64,000 bases of DNA from Enoplolaimus lenunculus (taxonomy: Eukaryota), in contig JASANG010000266.1 of NCBI GenBank assembly GCA_030248215.1, positions 310,001 to 374,000 of the forward strand, in the 5' to 3' direction. The notes beneath the pieces are model-generated. The model searched no databases. It saw only the letters and a program-made list of their open reading frames with translations, and was not told the DNA's origin. Each line of letters begins with the position of its first letter. Position 1 is the first letter of the stretch. Made by a program: the position numbers and the translations under genes. Of the stretch, positions 36,300 through 50,800 are shown in pieces.

Positions 36300-36878
36300 A
36301 TTATATACAAGCTCCATACATATATAGAACCATTTCCGTTATGCAAGCTGCAAAAACATGGGCAATTTAGGGTGGTATATATTTGGCACGTGGTAGATTG
36401 AAAAGTAGAATATGATTCCTTTCCGTTTCCTATTTTCGTTCCTTGTGCTTAGCATCAGATTTTTTGTTAACGCATTTTAAGAAGATTCTCCATTACAGTA
36501 AACAAATTTCAAACCGTGTTTTATATTGTAACGTTTTGTATATCTAATAAAAGCAAACGAATTTTGGCTCAGTTTTCCCAATTTTTGTATAAAGCATAAA
36601 TCCTAGGTTTCAGAAGACCAGAAAAATGTGTCTTGTTAGATTTCTATTTAAAGAACAACTACAGAATATCAGGTTGCCACTGAAGATGAAAAACACCGGA
36701 ACTTGAGGTAAAAAATTTTGCCATACTGGGAGATGAAGCAAAATCATTTTAAACGTTTATTTGTCTTGCATCAAAAGCTTGAGCGATAATGCAAGGTTAT
36801 ACTTTGGAACGTCTACTTTAAAAACTTAAGTACGCTTTAAAGTTTCGGATTCAATTGGGATGTCGGGATATGGTCGAA

Positions 36879-37698
36879 GGTGGGATTTTAGGATTGTGCC
36901 CAAGGCTTAACCTAAGCCTAAGCTTAGGTCAAAGCCCAAGGCTAACCGTAAGCCTAAGCCTAGTCCAAAGCCTAAGATTTAGCCCAAGGGTTATTTTAAG
37001 ATTTAATTACCGTGAACCCCGCATGAGCCTAAGCCTAAGATTCAGTGGAAGAGTTATTCAAGATCTAATCCTTGTTTGTTTAAAACCTATTCATAAAGCA
37101 TCGGCTTAAGCCCAATCCAATGCTATCTGTGGTCTAATCTACGCTTAAACAAAGCCTGCTCATAAAGCCTAGCGTAAACTTAAGCGAAAGCCTATGCCTA
37201 AGCCAATGTTTAAGATGGTCAATGTATAGAACAAGGCCGGAACAGTAGTATAAGCCTATTCCTAAGCCTAAACCTAAGCAAAAAATAGTCTAAAGCTTAA
37301 ACTGACTCTATTATATTATAGTCTCTCCGGAAAACAATCCAGCCCTGTTCTATACATGGGACCCTGAGACTTAGCTCGTAATGGTCATTTATGATTTTAT
37401 CTACGTTTAAACCAATTCCTAAAGCCTCAGCGTCCTAAAAGTATGCCTAAGAATAGGCCTAAGCCTCACCCATAGACTAAGTCAAAGCCTAAGGCTAATG
37501 CATCTCTAAAATGTATATCTAAGCTTTACACCAGATGTTACGGATAAACACCTAAAAACCTAAGCCTAAGACGGAGCGTTGCATGTTCCTAAACCTAAAT
37601 CTTGAGCCAAAGGATTGCATAATCCTAAGTCTAAGCCTATGCCTAAGGTATGGCTTTCGATGAATTTTATTGAAATCGCAAAATCCTAAAATCCCACC
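36879..37698. mobile_element. Inverted-repeat element filled with degenerate GCCTAA/TTAGGC hexamers
   Basis: ggtgggattttaggattgtgc (36879) and gcaaaatcctaaaatcccacc (ends 37698) are a 20/21 inverted match. Confidence 0.6.
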
Positions 37699-40176
37699 AC
37701 AAACAAAAAGTATCAATTTTTTTAGTTGGGACGGTGGGATTTTGGGACGGCACTCAACTATGCATGGGCCTACGTTTTTAAGAAAATAAACGGAGCGACC
37801 TGTTTGCATATATTAAATTCAGAAAATCAATTCTTGGATATGACAATTTTTAAGCTGTTTAAAGCTATTAAATGCTAAAAATATTAGACAGGACACAACC
37901 AGAGGTATACCTCCGGCTCTAGCAGAAAATCGGCCTCCGGCTCCGCCAGAATTTGTTAGTTTTGGCAAAAACCTCTGATGTGTTGTTGATTTTAAGCTTA
38001 TTTTATACGATTCTTGCCTATACATATTATTTCTTTATATTGTGCCATAAGTTAAAACGACACGCGTCAAACAGGTAAATTTTGTAATATCTATGCAAAA
38101 ATTCACTACCGAAATTCATGAGCCAGAGTTGATTTTTTAACGGATCCGGAGGCAGACCTGCGGTTGTACCGTAATATATCTTGCATAATTTCATTATATA
38201 TGTTGCAATCGTTCGAGGTGAATTTTAGTTACAAAATGAATTCAAAATCTTAAAAAGTTTGGCGTATATATCCCCAAATTTAAAAATAAGACGGTGAACA
38301 GGGTGCACCCGGAGGTGAAAAATACCGGAGCCGGTGCTCAACGAAACTTGCCGGAGCCGGAGATGAGGCGAAAATTTTTGTTAATATTTTGATTACCGTT
38401 TCCGCTATTCTTTACCATCTGTTTGCACCCTGGTGAATAGTCCCACAATACTACGTCGAAGCTGACAAAAAATCGCTCAGGAATATAGCACAACAAATAT
38501 TTTTAAACGAATACTGAACTAATAAACACGTCATACACTTGTCCTCGCAAAGTTGTATGTCAACCTTGAGACTAATAAAAAATTATAAATGTTAATATTT
38601 CTGAAAAGCAAATCAGTCAATCCATGTGTTGCAGAAGTTTCTCGAATTGGTTTTAGACATGTCTCAGCGTTTAAAACTCCAAAAATTGCTTCACAGATAA
38701 AAACCAAAACTGCTCGACATAGCCACTTCTGAAACAAAACGTGGACTTTATTTCGATGAAAATCCGTGGACTTGTATTTCGGTGAAAATTCGGCATTGAT
38801 GTGATATATAACTTAAAATTTTTGGCAAATCTTAAATTACTGCTATGCTCGGGTTAACAAATAAGATAGGTTGAAATAGAATCAACATACACACTATTGT
38901 CATTTTATCTAGCTATGTTTACAGGTCACACAACTAGCAGCTGCCAATTGCCGATACCTTCTGTCTGACTGATCTATGTATATCTTTGTTTTGATTTTAA
39001 ATAACGGTGACGTGCCGCCCGAACATCTACGTATATAACTCCAGTGCTACCCGTAACTGTATCCGAATACAAATTGCTGCATTGGTGACCACCAAACATC
39101 ATGTAGCATACGGAAAAATCTTGATTTCAACTCACACGTGTGAACTAAGCTGTACACGCAAAAAACAACTATAAACAAATATCACAACGAACAATAACGA
39201 ACGGGATACCAGTTATTAGTTTTGATGCGGTGGCATTGTGTCGGCATTGAAACAAGTAATCAGTTTACGGAAATTTGAAAAATGCAAGGTTCGGATTCAG
39301 CTAATTAACAATGATTTCGGATTCGGTCCAATCATGGACTCGGCACCACCCTGGCGTCTTACGGCGCTTCAAAGAGCTAGACGAAGTTTATAGACTATAA
39401 AATTACTTAAAATCCAATGTCTTACAATAGAACTTCTGTGTAGCCTATATAACGAGCGCCACAAGTAATGCTTCAGCGGACGACCGAAACTGTAGCGGAA
39501 CTCTCGGCGCAGCGGGTAACAAGTTTCGCTGTGCTGAATTACCCGAGAGAAGCAAATGATTGGCTACACAATCGTTCAACAGTACATATATACAGCAAAG
39601 ACGGAATCACTATTGAAACAAGTTCAGATCACAGATTCATTACTCAGCGTATACGTAGACATCTATTTTGTAGTTTATGTACAGGCATTTTCAAAGCGCA
39701 AATATAAATTGTTAATAACGGTTTGATTACATGGCTGTATTCCAACGGCATCCAACAATTATATGTTATATCACTGTAGTTTTACAAATAAACAAGAGCC
39801 AATAGCTACCATCTAGGTATCCGAGATAACAACACGAGTCGTGAATGTCAACAGTTAAGTCAGCGCACTGCAAATGCGGTATTCAGAAACAATTGAAGAC
39901 CCCATAAACAATTTGAGATTAATGAAGATAATCCATTATTAAAATACAACCTGTAATTCTAACTGTCATATAGTCTAACTGCACAAACAACCGAGCAACC
40001 ATCCTGAATGTCGAGGAATATTTGAATTCGAATTTTAACACCGAAAAATTCCAACCATTTATAGAAAATATCGCACGCAGTGCATGCAATACATGTGGTT
40101 TCCTGAAGATCGCAAAAATATTGGAGGTTGCTAATTTAACGCTCTAACCAAAGGAGACTAGTCGTAGCACAAAGAA

Positions 40177-41828
40177 TCAAGGCCACCTCGTGGCGCCTGT
40201 AACACCATTTCCGGCTCTTCGCAATTCACCTTCCATGGCTGCTTTCAACAAATCTGGATTGTACAATTGTTGTTGAAGATTATGCTGCTGCTGTTGTTGT
40301 TGCACGGGGGTTGTTCCAGTAGTAGCGGATCCAACAATAGCTTGGCTGTGAGCTCCGTGTTGCGCTGGTAACAGTTTCATTTGCTGTTGTTGCTGCTGTA
40401 TTACTATCGCCGCGCGTAACAACGCATCCATTTGTGTTGGTGCAATTTGTTGCTGCTGTGTTAATTGATGTGGCGGACCAATTCCTCCGGCGGATACAAT
40501 TTTTGGCTCTGTAGCTATTGGAGCGATTCTGCCACCTACCTGATTACTACTGTGTACACTGTAGGATGTCACTGAATTATTTCCCATTAGCTGAGACCAT
40601 GCAACTGAACTATTATTAAGGTTCCCTGGTAAGTTAGACAAAGACAAAGCCAGTCCTTGCTGAATGGGATACTGTTGCTGCTGCTGCGGCTGTTGTTGTT
40701 GTTGTTGTTGTTGCGCCTGGCGACCTTGTAGCAGTAGTTGTTGCTGTTGCTGCTGATATGCTGCTAATATAGCGGTCGCAGCGCCGGCAATATCACTGTT
40801 ACCCAAACTTCCAGAAGTACCTGCTGCATTAAGCAATCCAGGAACTAAACTCGAAAGGCTGCTTAACGTTTCAGCTGTAGCCCCAGCAGCAACCGCGTTC
40901 ACATTGCTATGCCCTGACGGCGCTAGATTAAACTGTCTTGTATCACCCACTGCTGCCAATAGGGCGGCCGAAGTGGCAGTAATTGGCCGGTTCGAATCTC
41001 TGCTTAAATCATGTTCAATTTCGGGTAGTGCAGAAGGAACAGATAGTTGCTGTTGGTTATGGAATGAGCTATTCGGTGGAAGCGGCTGCGATGGCATTTG
41101 TGATAATATTCCTGCGCTGTGTGGCAACTGTTGCGCTTGCTGGCGTAAACTTCCGTCATTACGTGCAGCAGCTAATACGCTAAGTTGTTGCTGTAGTCCA
41201 CTAAGAAGTGTCGATGCAGTTGCTACGGTCGTTTGTGGATAGCTGGCTTGTGATGACGCGTTTCCTGAACCAATTCTGGGAAAAGTCGCTGAAATTTCAT
41301 TAGTCCGAGCCGGTTCTGTCGCGCTGGTTGTACTATTCGTAGTTGCACTTGATGCAGGCGTGCTCGTTGCGCTACTTTGAAACGGGTGCTGTGGTATTAC
41401 AGTTCCACCTGCTGTCCTTGCGGCATGCGTCTGTTGTTGTTGTTGTTGTTGTTGCTGCTGCTGCTGTTGTTGTTGCTGCTGTTGTTTCTGTTGTAATTGT
41501 TGTGATTGTAGATGTAGTTGCTGTTGATGTTGCGGCTGTTGTATCTGATGTTGCTGATAATGGTACGATCCAGGCTGCTGACTTGCGGATGTACCTGAGC
41601 TATGCGTATTATTTGCAGCAGCAACAGCCGAGAGCAACCGATCATATTCAGCTGCTGCGACACGCTGTAAACTTGTATCACCAGACTGAACGGCAGCTGC
41701 ACACAATGATAAAAAGCTCGATGGCGCCGGCGTTGAACATGATGATTGTGTACCAACTAAAGAAGTAGACGCAACCGAGAATGACGTCTGTTTTGAGTTT
41801 GAAACTACGTTACTTTGTTTTGAACCTG
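40177..41828 (-). CDS. AUTS2: AUTS2-like last exon (polyQ, A/S-rich)
   Basis: 553-aa ORF in the track; tandem acceptor TAGCAG; TGA stop at 40177. Confidence 0.88.
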
Positions 41829-44800
41829 CTAAAACCAATGCAATAGAAATGCGACCGACAAATAGATTATTTCAAAACAATCTTTGACTACGATACTACT
41901 TTATCGTGTAGGGGCTGAGTGCAGACTCGTTATTTTAGTTAACATTCTGGCCAGTTACAACCACTCTTTAAAACCGAATATCGTCCGATTTCGAATAGAG
42001 GAATCGGATTCAAATACGCACAGCTTAATTTTGCATGATCACGCAACGCTTACCTAACCTTGTGCATTCTTGAAACATTACCAACGTTTCTAGAGCCATA
42101 GTTTACTCAACAGTTTATCCCACCCGAGGGTCTTATGTTAGGCTAAACCATTAAAATCCAAACACAAGCTTGAAATTTCGGTAAACTAGTTGTTCGGTTC
42201 CTATACTAAAGAATTATAATGAACCAACAGTTTTGATGTGGCTATTGAAAATTTAACAACTTAAATTCTAATCATACTACATTATTTGAGCCACTTAAAT
42301 GTTTCATACCTTTAATAGCGCTACCAGTTAGTGAATCACCTGTTAAAACGGGTGTTTGTTGTTCAGCACGGGTACGCGATAAAGATCTTTGCGCATGTTG
42401 CGATGACTGTTGATGACTGGGTGTTAAACCACTCGTAGTAGATGGATAATAATTTTGTTCCATTTGTCGTTGTTGCTGATTATGATGTGCAATAAGTTCG
42501 TTCTGTTCTTTTTGCAATTGCTGTTGTTTATGAAGCTCTCGATATTGGTTTTTTTGCAGTCGAAGTTGTTGTTGTTGTTGTTGTTGTTGTTGCTGCTGTT
42601 GTTGTTTTTGTTGCTGCTCTTGTAGTTGCAATTGATGCCCAAACGGCAAATTAACGGTATTATAACTTTGCTTATTTGTATCTATAATTAAAATAAAAAA
42701 TGCTCAAACTTGAACCACAGAAACTGTCGATTGACACGTCAGAGTTCATGTTGTATAAGCTAAGTTCAATCTTACGGTTTCAGTGAGAGTCCCGTGCGTT
42801 TTGAAACACCAAACGTACCCAAAATTCGCGAATGCCCACCAGTATCTGCCGTAATTGTATACAACGATTGTTGTGGTTCTCCATGGTCTTCACTTATATG
42901 CTGAAATCAAGAAAGAAGGAGTACAGCAAGAATGGCACATTTTATGTATTTAGTTTATATTATAAACGATTACAATCAACGATTCTGAGCCGTGTCACAT
43001 AGAGATGTCCCAGGACCAGGATTTTAACCAGAGCCAGGACCCGAGAACCGATACAGGAGCCAGCAAAATACACTAAACATAAAATTTTATGTATCTTTTG
43101 CGTAGGCATGTACCCGGGAGCCAGGGTGCAACCGGAATTACAATTTACCGGAATCGGAATTTGAAAATTTTACCGGAGCCGGAACCGGAAAGTGAAAACT
43201 GCATTTCACCAAAAATTTCATTTTAATCGTATTTTTTGCTCTGTTATTTGTGAAGCAACCTTAGTCGAACATAGGTATTTTATTTGTTGTATTTTAGATT
43301 TTCGTCGTCGACTGAAGTGAAATCCACCATCAATGGCTTATATTCGGAGTATATACAAGTGGCTTTCAAAAGAGATTCTTAAAAATTAGCAAAGCAGAGA
43401 TAACGGCCAAATTATAACACCTGAATTTTTAAATCCGGTAAAAATTTACCGGAACCGGAAGGTGAAAACATGCCGGAACCGGAATTCCGGTTGCACCCTG
43501 CCGGGAGCATGGTACGTTTTTATCATATCGCGTCATGCGACATTTTGTTGATACTCTTATGTTGCGCACTTACTGTTAGTGCTTTTGTTATTTAGAATAT
43601 CGCGACACGCGGCATTTTGCGTATGGTAATGTAATTAACTTACTATGCTGCGTTCGGATTCTGGCTAAATTGTTCCAAGGTACATTTTGCTTAGACATGT
43701 GTAGATACTTACTGCATAGCTGTTGTAGTGTTTACAAAACAAATTTACACAACAGCAATGCTTTGCTATGTGAACGTGCACATCGGCGTATAATGCTTAG
43801 TTTTACACCAAATCTGTGTACCTCTTTCTCTTCAAATTTTCAAAAATATAGTGCGTATATGTACTACTATGATAATGTCTACAAAAACTGATAACTCAAG
43901 AATTCGTGTTTCTGAAGCCGATTAGCAACCTTTTGCGTTTAGCATTCGAGCGGATAAGTAAATTTTTTGCGGTAGTGACGATAAAAGTTCTAATTGATTA
44001 CATGTCTAAAACAAAGTATTCACGCCAATTTGGATAATCTAGCAGCACACCAAAGGAATTATTCGGTCATCGCTGATGTATATTATGCATGATATAATAC
44101 TAACATTTCCACAATTTACAGTTTTGAACACTTGAACTCAAACTCAGTAATGCATACTGAGCATTATAAAAAGTAATATACATCACACCTGACAAAACTG
44201 TTTTAAAATTTGAATCGGTAAGAACAATATAAACCTCGAAGGTACGGTGCTAAATAATTCAACATGTCCGGGACGAAAACAACACTGACCTGCCGGACAG
44301 GAGACTGTTTCACTGATGCTAGCTTTGCCGACTGGCCAACAAGAGCGTTGGCCGATGCGTGTTTGGTCGGTGTATGTGAATACAACAGTGGATCAGGAAC
44401 AACACTAGTAGAACTTGCGCTGGTTAAAGGTAGCGTACAACCTGTATAAAACAAAGTGAACAGTAATAATAAAATGAAGAAGTTCTTCATGCTTAACTTT
44501 TTAAATGTAAAATGTAGCCTCGGTAAAGTGCTACGTCACAAAATATTATAATAACATAAGTGCTCAGACGATAAAATTGACCCCAGTTACGCATATAGCA
44601 TATTTCAGATATATTAGCATAAATGTATTGTTTGACATTCAATGGAAAAAACTATTCATTCAAATACTTAGTATTAGGTTTACATTTTTACCTCAAAATT
44701 CTAAAACAAAGAAATGTTCCTAAGGTGAAGTTTCGAGAAGCACGTGCTTTTGTTTGCAGATATCTACGCTAAAAACATTATCTGTTAATACGATAGATTT

Positions 44801-47800
44801 GTAACTCGTTTTCTAACCCTGTTAAATTAAGTGAAAACCACTTGACAATTACCTTCTCTTTGATAAGAATCGTGACTAGATCCAGACTGATACGAAGCCA
44901 CAACACATTTGCTAGAACCACCTGTTTGATGCTTCGATACATGAGGAACTGCATGACCTAGATATTAAACTACCAATCATGTACTAAACCCTCGAACCAA
45001 GAAAAACAGTTCGTAAACCACAAAACAATACTATATATTTAACATTTTAATAGAATGTGTTGAATATATTGATACCGACACGCACTAATATGCTGCTTAT
45101 CACACACGCATCTTTTACCACAAAATCTTTGCTTTTCTCATGAAGCTGTTTCAGTGAAAAGTAAGGTCAAAACAATAAACAGACAAATAACTTTTCTTTA
45201 CGTATTATACAACATTCACCTACACCTTATACATCGCTCAGCCGCAACCATAGCGATAACCATGCATCGCTTATCATAACATTTCACAATGAAAAAAGAA
45301 CGTTACTTATAGAATTTTTTATTCAATTGAGTATCCGGATACATACGAACTCTGAGTTCAGTAACCAAAGCGTATCATTTTACCTGTTCCTCCTGGGTAT
45401 GAACTAGCATCAAGATACGGTTTGGTTAAAGAATCGCGTGGCGAACGCAAATTATTTTGTTCAATTTGTTGTTGGTGTTGTTGCTGCAATTGCTCATGAA
45501 ACTGAGCAGAACGTAATGTGTTAATATCAAGCTGTTGTATCTGACTTCTCTGATGAAAATGATGTTTTGTGAGGCTAGTGTTTACGAACGTTTGAGATCT
45601 AAACAAAATTCTATTACAAGAAGACGAAAATACAAGACATTATTAATAATCTAGATGTCTATTTATAAGAATTCACTGCATGGTCTACAACCGTGATCTA
45701 AAATAGCAGTGTATAATGTTATTTTCGACGCCGCCATGATCATTCGTATTTTTACGTGCTTATTATCAGTTCTCGGTAATCGATTCTTTCATAGGCTTGG
45801 ATATAATAATATAAGCGTTAATAGTATGTACGCTAAAAGACATATTGATTTAAAGCATGGTAATGGCCCGGTTTGTAAAAAGTATGGGCTTTGAAAAATG
45901 CAGTTACGATTCCGGTATAAATTTCCTGTTCACTTTTCGGTATAATTCAGTTCTGTTTTGTACCCTGTCACCATATTATCAACGTGTTTTAAATTTGTAA
46001 CAAATTTCATTTTAATTTCGTTTGCTGTTTACATAATACGATGCTGCCGGTTTCAAGTTCTTTTGACCAATACTACAGTTGTTTCTCCCAGCAAAAGGTC
46101 ATCAATTAAATACCATAATGTATTGACTTTAAAATACCTTAAACCCGTTTAAATTATATTTCACAACCGGTTTTTGATATCAACTTACTCTTGTTGCCTC
46201 TGCTGTATCATATGCTGATACTGCAGTTGGTCTGTCGTTGGTGTTTTGTTGCTGATTGATGAACCAACTTCATGATGCACACTGGTAGGAATTCGTTCGA
46301 CACCTGCAACGGGAGGAACACTTGGAGCCACGTGCACAGGCATAGACGTTTGCGCCTGATTTGCTGTATTTTCGCGTGGCAAAACGCCACGCAATAACGC
46401 TAATTGTTGTTGCTGCTGTTGAATTAAAGCTGCTGCCGCATCGTCAGCCAACACTTCTCCAAATGGACGGGCTTCAGTTGCGCGTTGCAAGACTGCAGTT
46501 GTTATCGGGGTAGACGAGAGCTGTTCGGCGTACCCTGGTGTTATATTGGTTACTGTAGTTACCGGGGTTGTTGTCTGAGACGTTTTATTTGCCGGATCAG
46601 CACCGCTGACCCCTGCCGATAGTGAATTTAAATGTGTCGGCTTCAGTTGAGCTGTATAGTGCAAACGTTGCTCTTGTTGCTGTTTTTGCTGATCTTGATT
46701 GCGCAACCTACCAGCTGCTACTGAAGTATTGTCTGGCAGAGGCTTGTACTGTTCTTTATTTTTTTGCTCACTCGCACTTCGCGACGCGGATGTTGGTTCG
46801 CTATGCAAACGAGAGATACTGGCGATTCCAGCATCCGATCCAAATTGTCTTACGTTCGTTGCAGTACTCTGTTCCAGGTTTATGACGCTGTAGTTGCTTC
46901 GCAGATTTTGACCATTTGCGCTGCAACCTGTGGACTGCACCAGACCACGAAACGCTCCGTGACCCGCAGATATACCATGACTTTTCGGTAATGATTGATT
47001 TGAACAAAATCCCAACGTATCACTATTGCCACTATTTGAAGCGGCTGCCGCTGCTGCGCTATGTAAGGATTGTACGAGCGCTTGATTTTGACGTTTGCTT
47101 AATTCCCAAGCAATTTGAACGTGCATCGCGCACCATCGGCCACGTTTCTAAATTATCAAAAACCTTGTACGCACACATAAACGAATATGGAATTTTATGT
47201 AAAATCTATCATATGACACAACTTCCTTCAGCGAATAACTAGAACTAAAAAATGCTATACAATCCACTTTATTAGCAATCATTTTGCTTAATTGGGCACA
47301 ATGACACAACTTCCTTCAGCGAATAACTAGAACTAAAAAATGCTATACAATCCACTTTATTAGCAATCAATTTGCTTAATTGGGCACAGTCTTACTGAAT
47401 GAAAATACGAAGCAGAACAGGTCAAATCAGCTTGCAAGTTTACAGTGCATTTTCCGACAAAATGTAGGTACGTAATACCAATTCTTAAAACATTGTTATC
47501 CAATAGTTAATCTCAAATAATCAGTTTGGGAAAACAAACCTTATTTGGGGCGCTGGAAATACACAATGTTGGAGGTCTAGATAAGGGACCCAAATTGAGC
47601 GGAGGATAGTGGCTTTGTTGATGGTGTTTTTCGGACTTAATCGATACATTTTGCGAGTCCTGAACAGGCGTCATTGCAACCGGGGCGGCAACAGACTGTA
47701 ATTTTGGTGCTTCCAATGGTTGTCTCGAAATGTGACTAGAACCACTGTGCAGCTGAGCACGTTGTGGCTCAAACTGCATTTGTGAGGCTATTACCGGGCG

Positions 47801-50800
47801 CTTCTCAGACGTCTGAAAAGATTAACTGCACAAATTACATACCTTAGAATCAATAACATGGGCGTCTAAGCATTTAAACAACGGATCTTGCGCTGCAAAG
47901 GCATCACTTAAGTCGACCCCTGACTTAACGAATTTCGAAATCAGTCAATTAAGAGTATTTTAAGAGCTTCCGTTAAGGTAAACTATCTCATCCAGATTTA
48001 TTAAAACTAAACGCACATAAGCTGAACAGTGTTGATAAGCTTAAATATTGTTTGGGTAAGCTGAAATCATTACTGAAAACTTTCGACTTAAGTCAAAGTC
48101 AACTCAAAAGTGAACTTTTTGCTTTAGTAAAAACAAATTTCCTCTCCCTTTTCGCACATACCGATAAACTGCGGTCAGCCGAGCTTTCGGCTGTTTGTGA
48201 TTGAGTGTACGTTTCCATTCGTCCTGGTACCGCGGATAATGCTGGATGCAAGGACGCTGTAATGTGATATGCTTGTTCTGTAGGTGGAATCTGCTGATGA
48301 CCGTGTTGATAATGATATAAATTTGATGACGCAAAGTTATGCAACGCACTGCCGGTATCATACGTTTTAGCATGCTGTGACGGCGTGTATGACGCAGAAG
48401 TGGACGTTGGCAATGCTAAACTTAGACGAAATGACAAATGAGAAAGCACAATGGCTAAACCAAGGAAGTCATTTGTCAACAACTGACCATGATCTACTAT
48501 TATATATTTTTTGCATTTTGAAATCGATCCTAGAAGCATGTTTTTATTTAAGAAAATTTCACAAGGGGAAACCCTTTCCTTTTTAAAATTTTACAAAAAT
48601 TTCAAAAGGGGGAACTACGCTTCTATCACAGTGTATCTGGCGGCAAGTTTTACAGCCTCATATAACGTTCTCCAAACCAATTTACTGTACTTACTTGCAC
48701 CTGTGCATTGATTTGGAATCACATTAGCTGTGCTAGTTGTTGACTGTGTGTATCCGTGCTGCGAATACTGGCCCGTCGAATATCCTGTTATCAGCGATGC
48801 GCGATTTGAATCTACGGCAGTTGAGGCGTAGCGCGAATGTGGATATGAATAGTGTGATTGATGTTGCAAATATTGATGTGAATATCCTGTTGCAACTCCA
48901 GGCATATGTTGCAATTGTTGCGCGTTGTGTAACTGCGGCAAATGCGATGAAATCTGTTGCTGTTGTTGATGATGGTGATATTGCTGCTGTTTCTGCTGCA
49001 ATAAATGCTGATTTTGCTGAGTCAAATTTACGGACTCACCACCAACACCACCAGCACCACGAGGTGACCGTGTCGCAATGGAATGCTGATGATATTGCGC
49101 TGCAACTGGCGTGTACTGTTGCTGATAATAGGCATTGTCTCGTTGCGCCTGCTGTTCCGGCGTTAACGCTAGGCCTGTTCGATTGTGGTACGCGTAGCTA
49201 CTCGTTCGCGACGCAGCTTGTTGGGTTTGCTGCTGTTGTTGTTGATAATGTTGCACATGAGCGTAACGCGACTGCTGAGCAGATGGTGCAACTTCTGAAA
49301 CGATAAATAAAACCTATACTCCAGGATTCACCAGACATAGTTAGTTCTAATTCCTAAAACAAGATGAAGAAATGAATCACTACGACCAAATGTAATCGAC
49401 TCTGTGCATAGTGTGAGAAGTTACCAAAGGCTAACATTGATATTTTGCGAATGATTTTGACAACAGTTCATTGTCGTTTCAGCAAAACTTCTTATACAAT
49501 CAAGTTAGCAACCGGGGTTTATGTAGAAAAACCATTTTAGAACAAAATTCATAAATTTATGTTTTTGAAAATTTAAATGGAATTAAAAAGGTGAAAAGGC
49601 ACAGGACTGCATTCTTTGCGATATGCGTTCAATTTTAAGTCTCATGCGATATATGACCTTAAACTGAAAATTTACCTGCCATCGGCTTTCCAGCGTAAGA
49701 CCACGATGATATGCCTTGAGTCGATGTATATGGTAAACCAGTGGTAAGTGCTCCAAACTTAGCAGCGCTATGCTGTTGATGTGTTTGTTGTGAATGATAA
49801 GGATATCCATGCTGCTTATAATGACCCCTGAAAATGTATAAAAAAGCTTGAACGTAGAATGACAAATAGAATGATATGCTGGTAAACGAGCATTGCGTGC
49901 GTAGATCAAAACGTAGTGTACAGACATCTGTGCTATAAGTCGTTTGCCCTCAGCAGGCCTACTATTATTAATCGGTGTCTGCAAATATAACAAATTATTC
50001 AGCAATGTCATTAAATGAAATTTATTACTTTAGCTCTGTATTTGAAGTATCGAATAATTCGGCTTTCAAATCTTGATACAAACGTGCTGCGTCGCATATA
50101 AAAGAGCAGTTAGTACTTGGAGTGGAGTGTTGGTGTTTCTAACATGCGTGGAGTTCAAAACGGAACAAAAATAAAATTACATATCAAATGTCCTTACGCA
50201 GTAGACAGACCAGGTGGTTGTATTCCGGTGAGTGCTGGTGCTCCACAATATGAGCAAATTAATGATCCCGACGCCGTAACTGTAAAAACGTACATCTTGT
50301 AAATAAATGTCAAACATAGTTGTTGTAATTTAATTAAAAAACCACCTAAAATCGAAGTCTCGATTTCAGAGCGACTTTTCAAGTTCGGTTCGTTTCTAAA
50401 ACTAGACTCAGTCGAATTCCCAACTATATAATGTGTGGCACCTAGAAATCGACTAGGACATTTGTTGGTTCCAGTTTAATATCCGGCAAATAACGACACC
50501 CATATTCGGTAAAAACATACAGGATATCAAACATTTGCGGTTGTGGTCCCAAATATCATAAAACTGCACGCCCTAGATTTCCGGACAATTCAAGAGTGCA
50601 AACTGATATGAAGTGACAAATCCAAGAAAAGAATTAATTTTAAATCAGCAAATACATATTTTTGGACTACTCAAATACTTCCAACAGTGCACAAATTTAG
50701 ATCTTATAGCCGGTTAACATCCGGCTCTGGTTTCGACAAAAATTTACGATTCACCTCCAGTTCCGGTGAAACTGTAATTTGGCAATCCCTGGTAGCACCC

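Noticed and set aside
49900..49978. Extra AUTS2-like exon at the acceptor near 49979
   Set aside because: Open only in phase 0, whereas exon 9 ends in phase 2
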